Below are positions 18,901 to 27,381 of a DNA stretch of 64,000 bases, piece after piece. The stretch comes from Candidatus Woesearchaeota archaeon. Lineage in GTDB: Archaea > Nanobdellota > Nanobdellia > Woesearchaeales > JAGVYU01. The DNA lies in contig JAZDHV010000006.1 of NCBI GenBank assembly GCA_043805595.1, forward strand, positions 11,724 to 75,723, given 5' to 3'. The stretch's first letter is position 1, and each line of letters opens with the position of its first letter. The position numbers and the translations under genes are program-made. The notes under the pieces were generated by a model. It searched no databases. It saw only the letters and a program-made list of their open reading frames with translations, and had not been told where the DNA came from.

Positions 18901-20201
18901 CCGTTTACATAACCGCCGATAACAGCAACGCCATTTGAATTGGTTGTTGCAGTCTGACCATTTGATGAAACAGTTGCGCCCTGGATTCTTGCAGCAGTTG
19001 TATCATCTGAAATTATGAAAGTAACCTCATAGACTGGAGCTGGAGCAACATAAATCTCTTCCTGAGCTGTCTCAGTTGGATTAGGTTTTCCGTCACAAAG
19101 CGGTGAGTCAGCAGTTCCTGCCACTTCCATTGTAAAAACATCCTCATATGGAGCAACCCATTGGAATGAATGTGCTGTCGGATCAACTTCATTCGGATTA
19201 GCTGGAAGTGAAGCTGAACCAGATAAAATAACCTGATGAGCTGAATTTCTCACTTCATAATCAATATCTGTAGGAACAGATGTCAAAGCATGCTGTGGAT
19301 CAGCATAATTGCTGATCTTATTATACTCAACTGTTACAGTGTCTCCTGCAACTGGATAAGGATCAGTTGTCCTCAATCCATTGATGATTGTGTAACATTC
19401 ATTTGTAGGCCTTCCTGGAAGCACACCAAAATATTTACTTGATGACAATGGAATATTTGAGGAACATTGGTTGTCAGTAACAACAGTCCTTACTGTTGCC
19501 TCATATTGTCCGTCTTCAGCAGGAACCCATGAATATTCAACATTTTTCACCTCATCCATAAAGATTGGGTCACCATGTGCAGCATCAAAATAAGTCATCT
19601 GCTGGTTAACAATCTGGCCATCTTTTTTGATTGTCAAAGATACAGTAGTGTCTGCAGAATAATAGATATCCCTGTATGCTGGAGGGATATATCCAACATT
19701 ATTATGAGCATCCTGGAAAGCTGAATGAGTTACTGCATCTAATGAAGCAGAAACATTAACCTGCAAAGGCTCATTAGCATAAAGATCATTTGTGACTGTG
19801 AATTCATCAATTGTAGAAGCGCAATTTGCAACTCTGTCAAAATTAATATCAACACTTCCTGAAGCATGTCCAGGATTGCAAAAAGTATGGAATGTAGCAA
19901 TGCCTTCAACAGGGATATATCCTGTATCAGCTGGATTTGCTGCTGGAACTATGAAATAACCTGCATAACCAAAAGGGGACAATAAACAAGAGGGGAATGA
20001 GATCAGCATGTGCCCATTAGAGGTTGATCCTGAAAATGAAAATGGAGTTGAGCTAACAGTATCACAGTTAATGTCGAGACAGGTAAAGAACTTTGATTCG
20101 ACATTGTTGACATTAAAGTTAAATGTAATGTCTGCAACTGCAAAGACATTTGCTGCCAGAAGAACAGCTAAAAATGGCATTATAAATAGTATTTTTTTCA
20201 T
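15948..20201 (-). CDS. Giant (1417 aa) secreted adhesin-like protein with cadherin-like (VNDAP) repeats and duplicated Cys/Asp-rich modules
   Basis: Signal peptide MKKILFIMPFLAVLLAANVFA; at least three ~100-aa repeats RVTVTPVNDAPxISGLPDQTLAED; two near-identical Cys-rich modules; no C-terminal anchor. Confidence 0.7.
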   Translation of the reverse strand: MKKILFIMPFLAVLLAANVFAVADITFNFNVNNVESKFFTCLDINCDTVSSTPFSFSGSTSNGHMLISFPSCLLSPFGYAGYFIVPAANPADTGYIPVEGIATFHTFCNPGHASGSVDINFDRVANCASTIDEFTVTNDLYANEPLQVNVSASLDAVTHSAFQDAHNNVGYIPPAYRDIYYSADTTVSLTIKKDGQIVNQQMTYFDAAHGDPIFMDEVKNVEYSWVPAEDGQYEATVRTVVTDNQCSSNIPLSSSKYFGVLPGRPTNECYTIINGLRTTDPYPVAGDTVTVEYNKISNYADPQHALTSVPTDIDYEVRNSAHQVILSGSASLPANPNEVDPTAHSFQWVAPYEDVFTMEVAGTADSPLCDGKPNPTETAQEEIYVAPAPVYEVTFIISDDTTAARIQGATVSSNGQTATTNSNGVAVIGGYVNGHYTYDVTNPLYLPIEGEFDISNTDLTVSRAMHKANTPPIITNIPDVSFPEDTIHNSLDLDDYVQDEEDLDGDLSWTSNQLPNVGVSINPTTHIVTFTPAPGYSGSTGIVTFTVQDTGGLTDTDSISVTVTPVNDAPTISGLPDQTLAEDASINNAFNLNDYAGDPDHADSLLAYSLTSITNGNQCGVTIDGSDNIDINPDFNFYGICDVTVRVEDPLGAFDTDTFRVTVTPVNDAPVIGSLPDQTLAEDTTKPNAFNLNDFASDPDNTDSQLIYSLTSVSNSNQCGISIDGSDNIDIAPALDFNGVCDAVVRVTDPDGLYSEDTFRVTVTPINDPPNFDPIVNPISDETWNQGTSNLNAFDLDNYFSDPDGDALSYAASALDNPNIVVSINPTSHIVSFTQPSSYFGVETVTFTANDGNGGTADSNVVTLTVVRQFYECNDGVDNDGDGDIDYPADFGCDSYLDDDESDGVVVCDADLDCGSPYDESACGGLDFVTTTHTPICENAGTEHSYCDEDVDTGTDYCSFICDDSLGCDYTECSDSVDNDFDTYTDFPDDLGCTDYFDDDESDGPVLCYADLDCGSPYDESACGGLDFVTTTHTPICENAGTEHSYCDLDVDTGTDYCYFICDDSLGCDYTECSDSVDNDFDTYTDFPDDLGCTDYFDDDEINDGPVISGLPDEDVFEDSVNDNVFNLNDYTDDPDNSDSELTYTLMSVSNNNQCGISIGSNDDVDIVPDLSFIGSCTAVVRAEDPDGLFTEDTFVVNVLFDPLINHAPYFTSAPVTYLEINDPMDFVERYEYDSDASDPDNDPLVYSLITWPADMTIDPVTGLIQWDPDEDQAGENHVIIMVSDGFLTDLQDFIIDVVIPDPISSPRRKLFIDRISFDGTYSDKFEAGSSVQAVITMTNNDYYDIKEITVTYTIPELGVRRKLGPFGIDAKTTVTKLADLEIPDWADPGIYDVRVSIASTKSDDLRRVRHRELEIY
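16903..17502. repeat. Near-perfect 300-bp tandem duplication inside adhesin gene
   Basis: Seen directly: 16903-17202 vs 17203-17502, only a few mismatches; encodes duplicated Cys-rich module DCGSPYDESACGGLDFVTTTHTPICENAGTEHSYCD... Confidence 0.85.
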
Positions 20202-20283
20202 AAATAAATCCCCCCTATTGTCTTGTTTATGATTTTGTTAATCTATTTTAAATGAAAATGAAAAAATGAAATTATTAATGATA

Positions 20284-21789
20284 TTAAGGACCTGGATTTA
20301 GAGCTCCTCCCCCAGTAAAACCTCCACCACTCAAAACCCCTCCATTACCTGTTGGTCCAAAAGCATTGAAAAAGCTACCAGTTCCTCCTAATTGAGGAAT
20401 GCCGCCAGGTGAAGGTGGCAATTGAGGACACCATGGAATAAGACTATTACTACCATTTGGAACCATAATAGGAATAATATATATCTGCTGTTCAGGTTCA
20501 GGTGGAGTGTATAATGCTTTTTCAGCAGCTGCACCTACACCTTGAGAAGCAATGTCTATACCATAATCAATCAGTTTATTTGGACCTTTTACACCAGGTG
20601 CAAATAATGAAAATCCAAATAAACCACCTTGACGGTAAGAAGCAACATTCAAAACAAGAGGATCTTCTGTTAATTCAGACCTGTTGGATCTGCAGAGCAA
20701 TAGTATATCATTGCCATTAGAATCTACAAAAGGAACTAAATAATTAGCATTTGCTGCATTATCAGATCCAAATGCTCTCCAGAAAATCTGCTCATTAGTC
20801 AATGAACCAATATTTTGGCCAAGATCAACTTCATAAACAAAATTAACATCATCTCTCCTGTCTCTAAACAGATTAAGCAATCCTTTTGTGAGTTCTTTTG
20901 CAACATAACCACCTGCTCCAACTTCCGGCTGACCTAATGAAGCAGATGTTCTATAAGCTGCCAATCCAGCACCCATAAATTTCTCAAGTAAATTCCTGAC
21001 ATAAACTGTCTCATGCTCAAGATCAGGTCCATTATTACAGAAAACAAAAGAGATTTCTGGAATATCATTTGCCCTTATTCTCTTATCATAAAAATTAGTT
21101 GTCCTTGCATAAACCTGAGGGAATACCTTATTAATCTCTCCATCAGGATTGAATCTGCTGTAAAAAATCAGGAAATCCTTAAATCCTCCTGTAATGTCAG
21201 GATCGCTTACATACAATCCAGAAACCTGCATTTCTCCCTGAGGCAAGAAGTGTCTTGCAAACTGAGTAATATTAAATACTCCTTCTTGTGTTGAGCCAAT
21301 CCCATTCAAATAATTTTCACCAAATCTTAATAATTCAGAGTTTCCTGGTATTGAAGATTTTCTTGATGTGATCAAATTAACATCTACAGGAACAACATAA
21401 GATGTTCCATCAGATGGAATATGATCTTTAAGACCAGGATTGGGATCAATTCCAGTACCATTAATCAATGCACTTATCTGGCCTTGTTTTTTTGCTCTTT
21501 GAGCCATTTCTGTTTGGAGAATTGAATCAAGATCAGCTGGATCAAAAACATCTTCACATTCTGCTTGCGCAGGTTCTGGGGCTTTTTCCCTCACTTCTGG
21601 AAAATTTTCTGGAACTCTTCTTGATTTTGTTGTATGATCAACACCATAATTCTGTGTTGCACATGAAGCAGCTACAGCAACAATTGAAGTACCGATTACA
21701 AAATCTCTTGCTAATGCTTTAGCAGTATCCCATGCATTTGTTAGATATTCCATTGGATTTAAAAGATTGATATTATTCATTTTATTCAC
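20284..21789 (-). CDS. Hypothetical membrane-anchored protein with Gly-rich C-terminus
   Basis: 501 aa; N-terminal hydrophobic anchor FVIGTSIVAVAASCATQ; C-terminal GGIPQLGGTGSFFNAFGPTGNGGVLSGGGFTGGGA; 8-nt overlap with upstream gene. Confidence 0.45.
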   Translation of the reverse strand: MNKMNNINLLNPMEYLTNAWDTAKALARDFVIGTSIVAVAASCATQNYGVDHTTKSRRVPENFPEVREKAPEPAQAECEDVFDPADLDSILQTEMAQRAKKQGQISALINGTGIDPNPGLKDHIPSDGTSYVVPVDVNLITSRKSSIPGNSELLRFGENYLNGIGSTQEGVFNITQFARHFLPQGEMQVSGLYVSDPDITGGFKDFLIFYSRFNPDGEINKVFPQVYARTTNFYDKRIRANDIPEISFVFCNNGPDLEHETVYVRNLLEKFMGAGLAAYRTSASLGQPEVGAGGYVAKELTKGLLNLFRDRRDDVNFVYEVDLGQNIGSLTNEQIFWRAFGSDNAANANYLVPFVDSNGNDILLLCRSNRSELTEDPLVLNVASYRQGGLFGFSLFAPGVKGPNKLIDYGIDIASQGVGAAAEKALYTPPEPEQQIYIIPIMVPNGSNSLIPWCPQLPPSPGGIPQLGGTGSFFNAFGPTGNGGVLSGGGFTGGGALNPGP

Positions 21790-23932
21790 CTCTGCCTCTT
21801 CCTAATCTGCTGAATGGCCCACGAGCAATTGCTGCCAGATTATGGCCTAAATTTTGAATACCATGTTTAACAAATCTAACTGGACCTCTGCTATGGTCTT
21901 CAAAAGTCTCTTCAATTGTCTGCCTATTCCCAATTAAATGAGTTATTATTCCATCTTTATCCCTGTAATCAATCAAAGTCTGATCAACAACAGATAAAAC
22001 TCCAGCTGCCTGATCTAAATATTTACTATCAATAATATTTGAATCAGCTAAATTTGTTAATGCAAGGGCAAATGCCTCTGCAGGAACAGATGGATTTGTT
22101 ACGCTCATTTTTCCAGCAAAATATCCAGTTCCAAAACCAGGTTCAACATCAGGAACATTTTCTGCTCCTTGAGCTAAATTCCCAATATTAGATGTCATAG
22201 CAGAGATTTCATGGCCACTGTTTGTAATTAAATCTAAAACAGTATCACCAGGAGCAACTCCAATGTCATCTCCATAACCAAGTGCTGGAATATCTCGCAT
22301 AAAGTTGAGTCTAACTGTTTGTTTTCCTCTCTTACCTGTATCAACTTGTATTTGAGCAAGGTCTCTTGTACTTGATTCTAATTCATTACCGAGAGAATCC
22401 AATAATTGTAATTGAGTTAATTGATCAGGTGTTGTTTGCAAAGGAACTGGATTTAATTTAGAATCTAAATCTGCATCTTCAGCTTGAAAAGTATTATTTG
22501 CTGTTTGAAGCTCTGCTCTTGATTCTAGTGCTTTAATTGTCTCTTGCCTTGCGGTTCTTAAGCTTGAATATGCGCCTTTTAACTCAGATCCCCTTTTCCC
22601 ATAAGCATCAATTAATGCTGCAAGAGTTTCGTGTCCTGTACCTGCAATTAGAGATTGATTACTATCAATTGTTTGTTGAGCTATTTCTAAATCAGCCCCT
22701 CTTTTACCATAAGCTCCTAATAAAGCTAAAAGATTATTATGACCAGCACCTGCAATTTGTGCATTAATAGCATCAATATCAGATCTTGCTGTTCCTAAAG
22801 CAGCTGAAGTTTCTGAAAGCATAACTTGAGAATCTATTAAATCACCTTGAGCTTGTCCATAAGCTGCTAAAGCTTTGTCTCTTGCTAATGCAGCTGGCCT
22901 AGCTCTTGCATATTCTGTAAGAAAACTTCCAGCCATAATACCTGCAATTGCTGCAACTGCAGTAACTTTTACAACATTTCTTCTACACCAATCTTTTACT
23001 CTTTGATATAAAGAAGAAGGACTTGTAGTAATTTCAGGCAGAGTATCACTAGATGCTGCGACACTGCTTTCAGAAGTATCTGGTCTTTCAGCTGGAGCTG
23101 ATCCATCAGAAGCAGGACTACCATATAAACTTGCACTAACATCACTCTCGCTCAAACCAGGCCTATCACCTGGGGGAGTATCTCCAATCTCAGCTCTTGG
23201 ACCCTCTGGTGTTCGCATTGTAACTTCTGGAGTTCTAACACCACAAGGAAATCTGGAACTTGATAATTTATCAGGAACTCTTCCGCCTGCATAAACTGGA
23301 TGAGCTTCTCCAACAACAGCCTCTAAAGGTACATCTTGAGGTAGTACAACATCATCATCGCCTGGATGATCACCAGGACAACGAATTGTAGATTTACTCA
23401 TACCCCAAGCTTTATGAGCTCTTTGTAATGTTGATTGAGAATCTGAATCAACAACATCATCTATATCAGCTGGAGAAGTTGTATAACCATTAGCAATTTG
23501 CCGAGCTTTTGCCATCTTTGACAGACGAAGCTTGTCATCACTTCTCCTGTAATCAAATCCGTCGAGAACTCCTGAATAAAAAGCCCGTGCAGTTAGATTT
23601 AAGTCTCCTAAAATTGTATCAACAGATTCATCAGAATTTTGATATCTTTGACGAGCATTTGCTATATCATCATCAGATAATTGAGAAACTGATCTTAAAT
23701 GCGAGGAATCTTTTCCCTGATGTCTTGAGACTGTTTTAACAGTGCCATATTTGACACCAAATTGGTCACCAACTGCTTCTCTTCTTTCTTGAAGAGTTAG
23801 TTTTCTTCCATCTTCACTATGAGTTTTTGCTTGAAATGCAGTATAAATTTCATCTGCTTGAGTTGCATTTAAATCCCTGTATGTTGCTCTAGAAGCATAG
23901 TCTGGTTTTTTTTCAATATTTCCTTTAGTCAT
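21782..23932 (-). CDS. Hypothetical single-pass membrane protein with C-terminal coiled-coil repeats
   Basis: 716 aa; central TM VVKVTAVAAIAGIMAGSFL; repeated AGxGHxxLxALxxAYGKRGxxL units; higher GC than surroundings. Confidence 0.45.
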   Translation of the reverse strand: MTKGNIEKKPDYASRATYRDLNATQADEIYTAFQAKTHSEDGRKLTLQERREAVGDQFGVKYGTVKTVSRHQGKDSSHLRSVSQLSDDDIANARQRYQNSDESVDTILGDLNLTARAFYSGVLDGFDYRRSDDKLRLSKMAKARQIANGYTTSPADIDDVVDSDSQSTLQRAHKAWGMSKSTIRCPGDHPGDDDVVLPQDVPLEAVVGEAHPVYAGGRVPDKLSSSRFPCGVRTPEVTMRTPEGPRAEIGDTPPGDRPGLSESDVSASLYGSPASDGSAPAERPDTSESSVAASSDTLPEITTSPSSLYQRVKDWCRRNVVKVTAVAAIAGIMAGSFLTEYARARPAALARDKALAAYGQAQGDLIDSQVMLSETSAALGTARSDIDAINAQIAGAGHNNLLALLGAYGKRGADLEIAQQTIDSNQSLIAGTGHETLAALIDAYGKRGSELKGAYSSLRTARQETIKALESRAELQTANNTFQAEDADLDSKLNPVPLQTTPDQLTQLQLLDSLGNELESSTRDLAQIQVDTGKRGKQTVRLNFMRDIPALGYGDDIGVAPGDTVLDLITNSGHEISAMTSNIGNLAQGAENVPDVEPGFGTGYFAGKMSVTNPSVPAEAFALALTNLADSNIIDSKYLDQAAGVLSVVDQTLIDYRDKDGIITHLIGNRQTIEETFEDHSRGPVRFVKHGIQNLGHNLAAIARGPFSRLGRGRGE

Positions 23933-24147
23933 ACATTATCCCCTTCTAAAAGTTGTTTTAAAAAAATTATTATCTAATTGTAGGGTAGAAATATCTATTA
24001 CATATTTAAATCTTTTGTATTGATACTATTATAAAGTACTAATATAACTTAACTATTTTATAATAGATACTTTCTGGTTTTGTTGAGGGGAGGTTTTTGA
24101 TAAAAATTTAATTAGAATTAAATATTATTAGTCATTCTCTCTTTTCC

Positions 24148-25236
24148 ATGATATCAATTGTTGGCGCAGGACCAGTAGGTTGTTTTGCAGGATATCTTCT
24201 TGCAAAAAAAGGGCTTGAAGTTGAGATATATGAGAAAAACAAAGAAATCGGCAAGCCAGTGCAATGCACAGGGATTGTGACAAATTCCATTCTAAAATTG
24301 ATTGAAATTCCTGATGAATGTGTTGCTAATAGAATCAATGATGTCGAGATATGTGCTCCAAACGGAAAATCACTGAAAATCAGGTTTAGGGAAGCAAATC
24401 TTATCCTTGACAGAGAGAGATTTGACAAATTTTTAGCCCAGACAGCTGAAAAAGAGGGAGCAAAGATATTTCTAGGCAATAAAATTGAAATTGTTAGAGA
24501 CAATATGTTATCAATAAAAAAAACAGGCAGTGAGGAGAAGGTTGAAAGAAGATCTGATGTAATCATCGGAGCAGACGGGCCGCAAAGTGCAATAGCAAAA
24601 TCTCTTGGAAACAAAAAAAGAGAATACTGGACAAGCCTGCAATACAGGATTGAGCATAAAAATGAGAACAAGATTGAATTCTATCCATATTTAGGAACAT
24701 TTGCATGGATTGTTCCTGAGAATAAGGAAATTGCTCGCGTAGGCATAATTGGATCATTTGGTATAAGGAGAATATTGGATGATTTTTTAGAGAAAAAGAT
24801 TGGAAAGGATTTCAGAGACAATATAATTGAGACACAAGGTGGATTGATACCAAAATTTGATGCAAGAATGAACTTTAACAAAGAAAACATGTATATTATA
24901 GGTGATGCTGCCGGACTTGTAAAGGCAACAACTGCTGGAGGAATTATCCAAGGGATGAAATCAGCTGAAATATTGGCTGGATGCATTGGAACAGACAAGA
25001 AATTTTCAAGAGAATTGAGAAAGAGATTGTTTTTTGACTTATCTCTGCATAAATATATGAGAAATATTATGGACAAATTTGAGGAAAAAGACTGGAACAG
25101 GCTGATAGGATATTTTGACAAGCCAAGGATGAAAAAAATACTAGAGACAATTGACAGGGATGAGCCAAGCAAAATGGTATTTAAGCTATTGCTGAAAGAG
25201 CCAAGGCTGATCTATTTTGTTAAATTCCTTATTTGA
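24148..25236 (+). CDS. Geranylgeranyl reductase family FAD-dependent oxidoreductase
   Basis: 362 aa; N-terminal Rossmann IVGAGPVGCFAGYLLAKKG, IIGADGPQSAIAK and GDAAGLVKATTAGGI motifs typical of archaeal GGR. Confidence 0.75.
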   Translation: MISIVGAGPVGCFAGYLLAKKGLEVEIYEKNKEIGKPVQCTGIVTNSILKLIEIPDECVANRINDVEICAPNGKSLKIRFREANLILDRERFDKFLAQTAEKEGAKIFLGNKIEIVRDNMLSIKKTGSEEKVERRSDVIIGADGPQSAIAKSLGNKKREYWTSLQYRIEHKNENKIEFYPYLGTFAWIVPENKEIARVGIIGSFGIRRILDDFLEKKIGKDFRDNIIETQGGLIPKFDARMNFNKENMYIIGDAAGLVKATTAGGIIQGMKSAEILAGCIGTDKKFSRELRKRLFFDLSLHKYMRNIMDKFEEKDWNRLIGYFDKPRMKKILETIDRDEPSKMVFKLLLKEPRLIYFVKFLI

Positions 25237-25261
25237 CAAACATAAAAATTAATTATCTAAA

Positions 25262-25330
25262 CTAAAGAACCACCAGTCAGAGACTGGTGGAATTCACTAA
25301 ATCCACAACTGCAATACCTCCATGAAGCAC
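25262..25330 (+). repeat. Truncated copy C of the palindrome-rich element
   Basis: ctaaagaaccaccagtcagagactggtggaattcactaaatcc; palindrome 25270-25290; diverges after ~45 bp. Confidence 0.7.
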
Positions 25331-25331
25331 A

Positions 25332-26105
25332 CTAACCTTTTCCCACTAAAGTTTCAAGAGGACTATTTTTTTCGCCGCCTTTGGCGGACTCTCCTAAAAG
25401 TACCCCACGCAAGGCATCATGATCGCTGACATCGCGAAAGTTAGCATTGAAATTGGAATTGTTGACAAAGCCGTTAAGCCTAGACGCCCGCGCAACAATC
25501 TCATCATCCTTAATACTCTCAGCAGCATGATCAGGATTCATTGTGAATACTCTTGTTTCAGAAATTCTACCATTTACTCTTAGATTATCCATAACTCTTT
25601 CAAGCATATAACCAGAACCATAACCAGCACTAACCCAAGGCACCCTAGCAACAGTAACATCCTTATCATACCTACCAGTTCTGACATGAAATGACCTATA
25701 CTCAGCATCACTTCCTTTAAGCCTCAACCCTTTAGGATCAACAAAAACAACATCCCCTGCCTGCTCTAACCTCAAAATAAGATCTTTTTGTCCAGAATTA
25801 AGATGAACATAACCAATACCAGCAAGCTCCTGACACACAGTTGAAGTGCCTTCTCCAAAAACCACATTAAAAGCAGCATTCCCACCAATACCCAACAACA
25901 ATTTTCCATCTCTTTTTGTAGCAAGAGGAGCATTAGCAGTATAAAACCAAACTCTTCTCAATCCTTCACCAGCTATCCTAGCAGCAGACAATTGCGCACC
26001 AGTATTAATAGTAGAAGGAACAAACAACCCATAAATATCTTTTAAAGCTCCTTGCCTAACATTATAAACAAACTGTTGTTCTTGTGCATTATTCATTTTC
26101 CACAC
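25332..26105 (-). CDS. Hypothetical protein (paralog of 26140..27036 in C-terminal region)
   Basis: 257 aa; shares C-terminal VARASRLNGFVNNS...ALRGV segment with neighbour; unusually GC-rich codons. Confidence 0.5.
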   Translation of the reverse strand: MWKMNNAQEQQFVYNVRQGALKDIYGLFVPSTINTGAQLSAARIAGEGLRRVWFYTANAPLATKRDGKLLLGIGGNAAFNVVFGEGTSTVCQELAGIGYVHLNSGQKDLILRLEQAGDVVFVDPKGLRLKGSDAEYRSFHVRTGRYDKDVTVARVPWVSAGYGSGYMLERVMDNLRVNGRISETRVFTMNPDHAAESIKDDEIVARASRLNGFVNNSNFNANFRDVSDHDALRGVLLGESAKGGEKNSPLETLVGKG

Positions 26106-26139
26106 TCCAATTTTGGATTATATATTGATAATTAAAACT

Positions 26140-27036
26140 TTAACTTTCCTGACATTTACCTCTGTAAAGAGCTCCAACAGCCTCATAACCTCCAATTGTA
26201 GCAGGAGTTAAACTTGCAGCCATAATCTCTTGCGCCCTTGGCTTTGCAAGAAGTGCCGCAACTTCCTGAATTTTTTTCGAGTCGGCTTCGCCGACAATTT
26301 GTACCCCACGCAAGGCACCACGATCGCCGACAACGCGATGGCCAGCAACGAAACTGGAATCGTCGAGAAAGTTGAGAAGCCTAGACGCCCGCGCAACCAC
26401 CCCACCCTCAGGAATAAACCTTTCAATATGAGTCTCAGTTGGAAACCAAAGCCTTGTTCGTTCAACCTCCCCATCTTCTCTAAGCATATTCATATTCTCC
26501 CCATAATCTGGAAATTCTTGTTTTGGATCATATTTTGCTGTCAAACTGCCATGTGCCTTAACAGCAAAAGGCCTCACAACATCACTTAATCTTTCAGCAC
26601 GAACATCAGAAGTATTAACTGGAACATAACTCCACTCATCATTTTTTCTAATCAACCCTAATTCAGAAGCTAAAGCCCAATCAATATCAAATCCAGAAAG
26701 CAATTGCAGTTGAGACTCTGTAAGAGTGTAAACATGCCCCTCACTTTTCAATATCTCTCCACTAAATCTATCAATATCTGCACCAGCAACAGAATCAAAA
26801 GCCTGCCTACCACCAAGACCATACTCAAGATTACTATCAGAAACTCTGAAAAGAAACAAATTAGCAGTATAAACACATTTTACTCTCAGATCAGGATCTG
26901 TTGTCCTTCTCTGATTCTGAACCTCAGAAGCCTCTTGAAAAGTCCATTTTTCCAACCTTTTATAACCTTCAGCAAGACAATCTAAAATGGTTTCAAGCAT
27001 TAAATCAGGCATTTTAGAGATAGAAATGAGCAACAA
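26140..27036 (-). CDS. Hypothetical protein (paralog of 25332..26105 in C-terminal region)
   Basis: 298 aa ORF (true start may be internal MPDLML); C-terminal VARASRLLNFLDDSSF...ALRGV; DNA block 26301-26398 resembles 25399-25495. Confidence 0.5.
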   Translation of the reverse strand: MLLISISKMPDLMLETILDCLAEGYKRLEKWTFQEASEVQNQRRTTDPDLRVKCVYTANLFLFRVSDSNLEYGLGGRQAFDSVAGADIDRFSGEILKSEGHVYTLTESQLQLLSGFDIDWALASELGLIRKNDEWSYVPVNTSDVRAERLSDVVRPFAVKAHGSLTAKYDPKQEFPDYGENMNMLREDGEVERTRLWFPTETHIERFIPEGGVVARASRLLNFLDDSSFVAGHRVVGDRGALRGVQIVGEADSKKIQEVAALLAKPRAQEIMAASLTPATIGGYEAVGALYRGKCQES

Positions 27037-27381
27037 TTTATAAACTTTATTAATATCTTTATTATAAAGTAGTAAATTATTTTATAAAATTGTCAATTCT
27101 TAACTGATTACGTGAGAAACCCCCAACTTAAGCCAAATTAACATTAAAATGCAATGCATTTCTAAGCTCCCAGAAATTCCAAATGAATTTTAAGGATATA
27201 TTGAGAGTATATTATTTATAATCAAAACTAAAACAAACTTTTATAAAAGCAGAATAAGTCCCTATCCTATTATATATGCTAAGGGGAATTGATAAAATAA
27301 TTGATATTACAAATTATTAATTAGTAATATTAATTGGAAATATTAATTGGTAATTGATAATGTTAATGTGTAATTGATAAG

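Noticed and set aside
26208-26589. Overlapping ORFs 26208..26474 (-) and 26230..26589 (+)
   Set aside because: Arise from the locally GC-rich sequence of gene 26140..27036; no independent support, Arg-rich nonsense-like translations.
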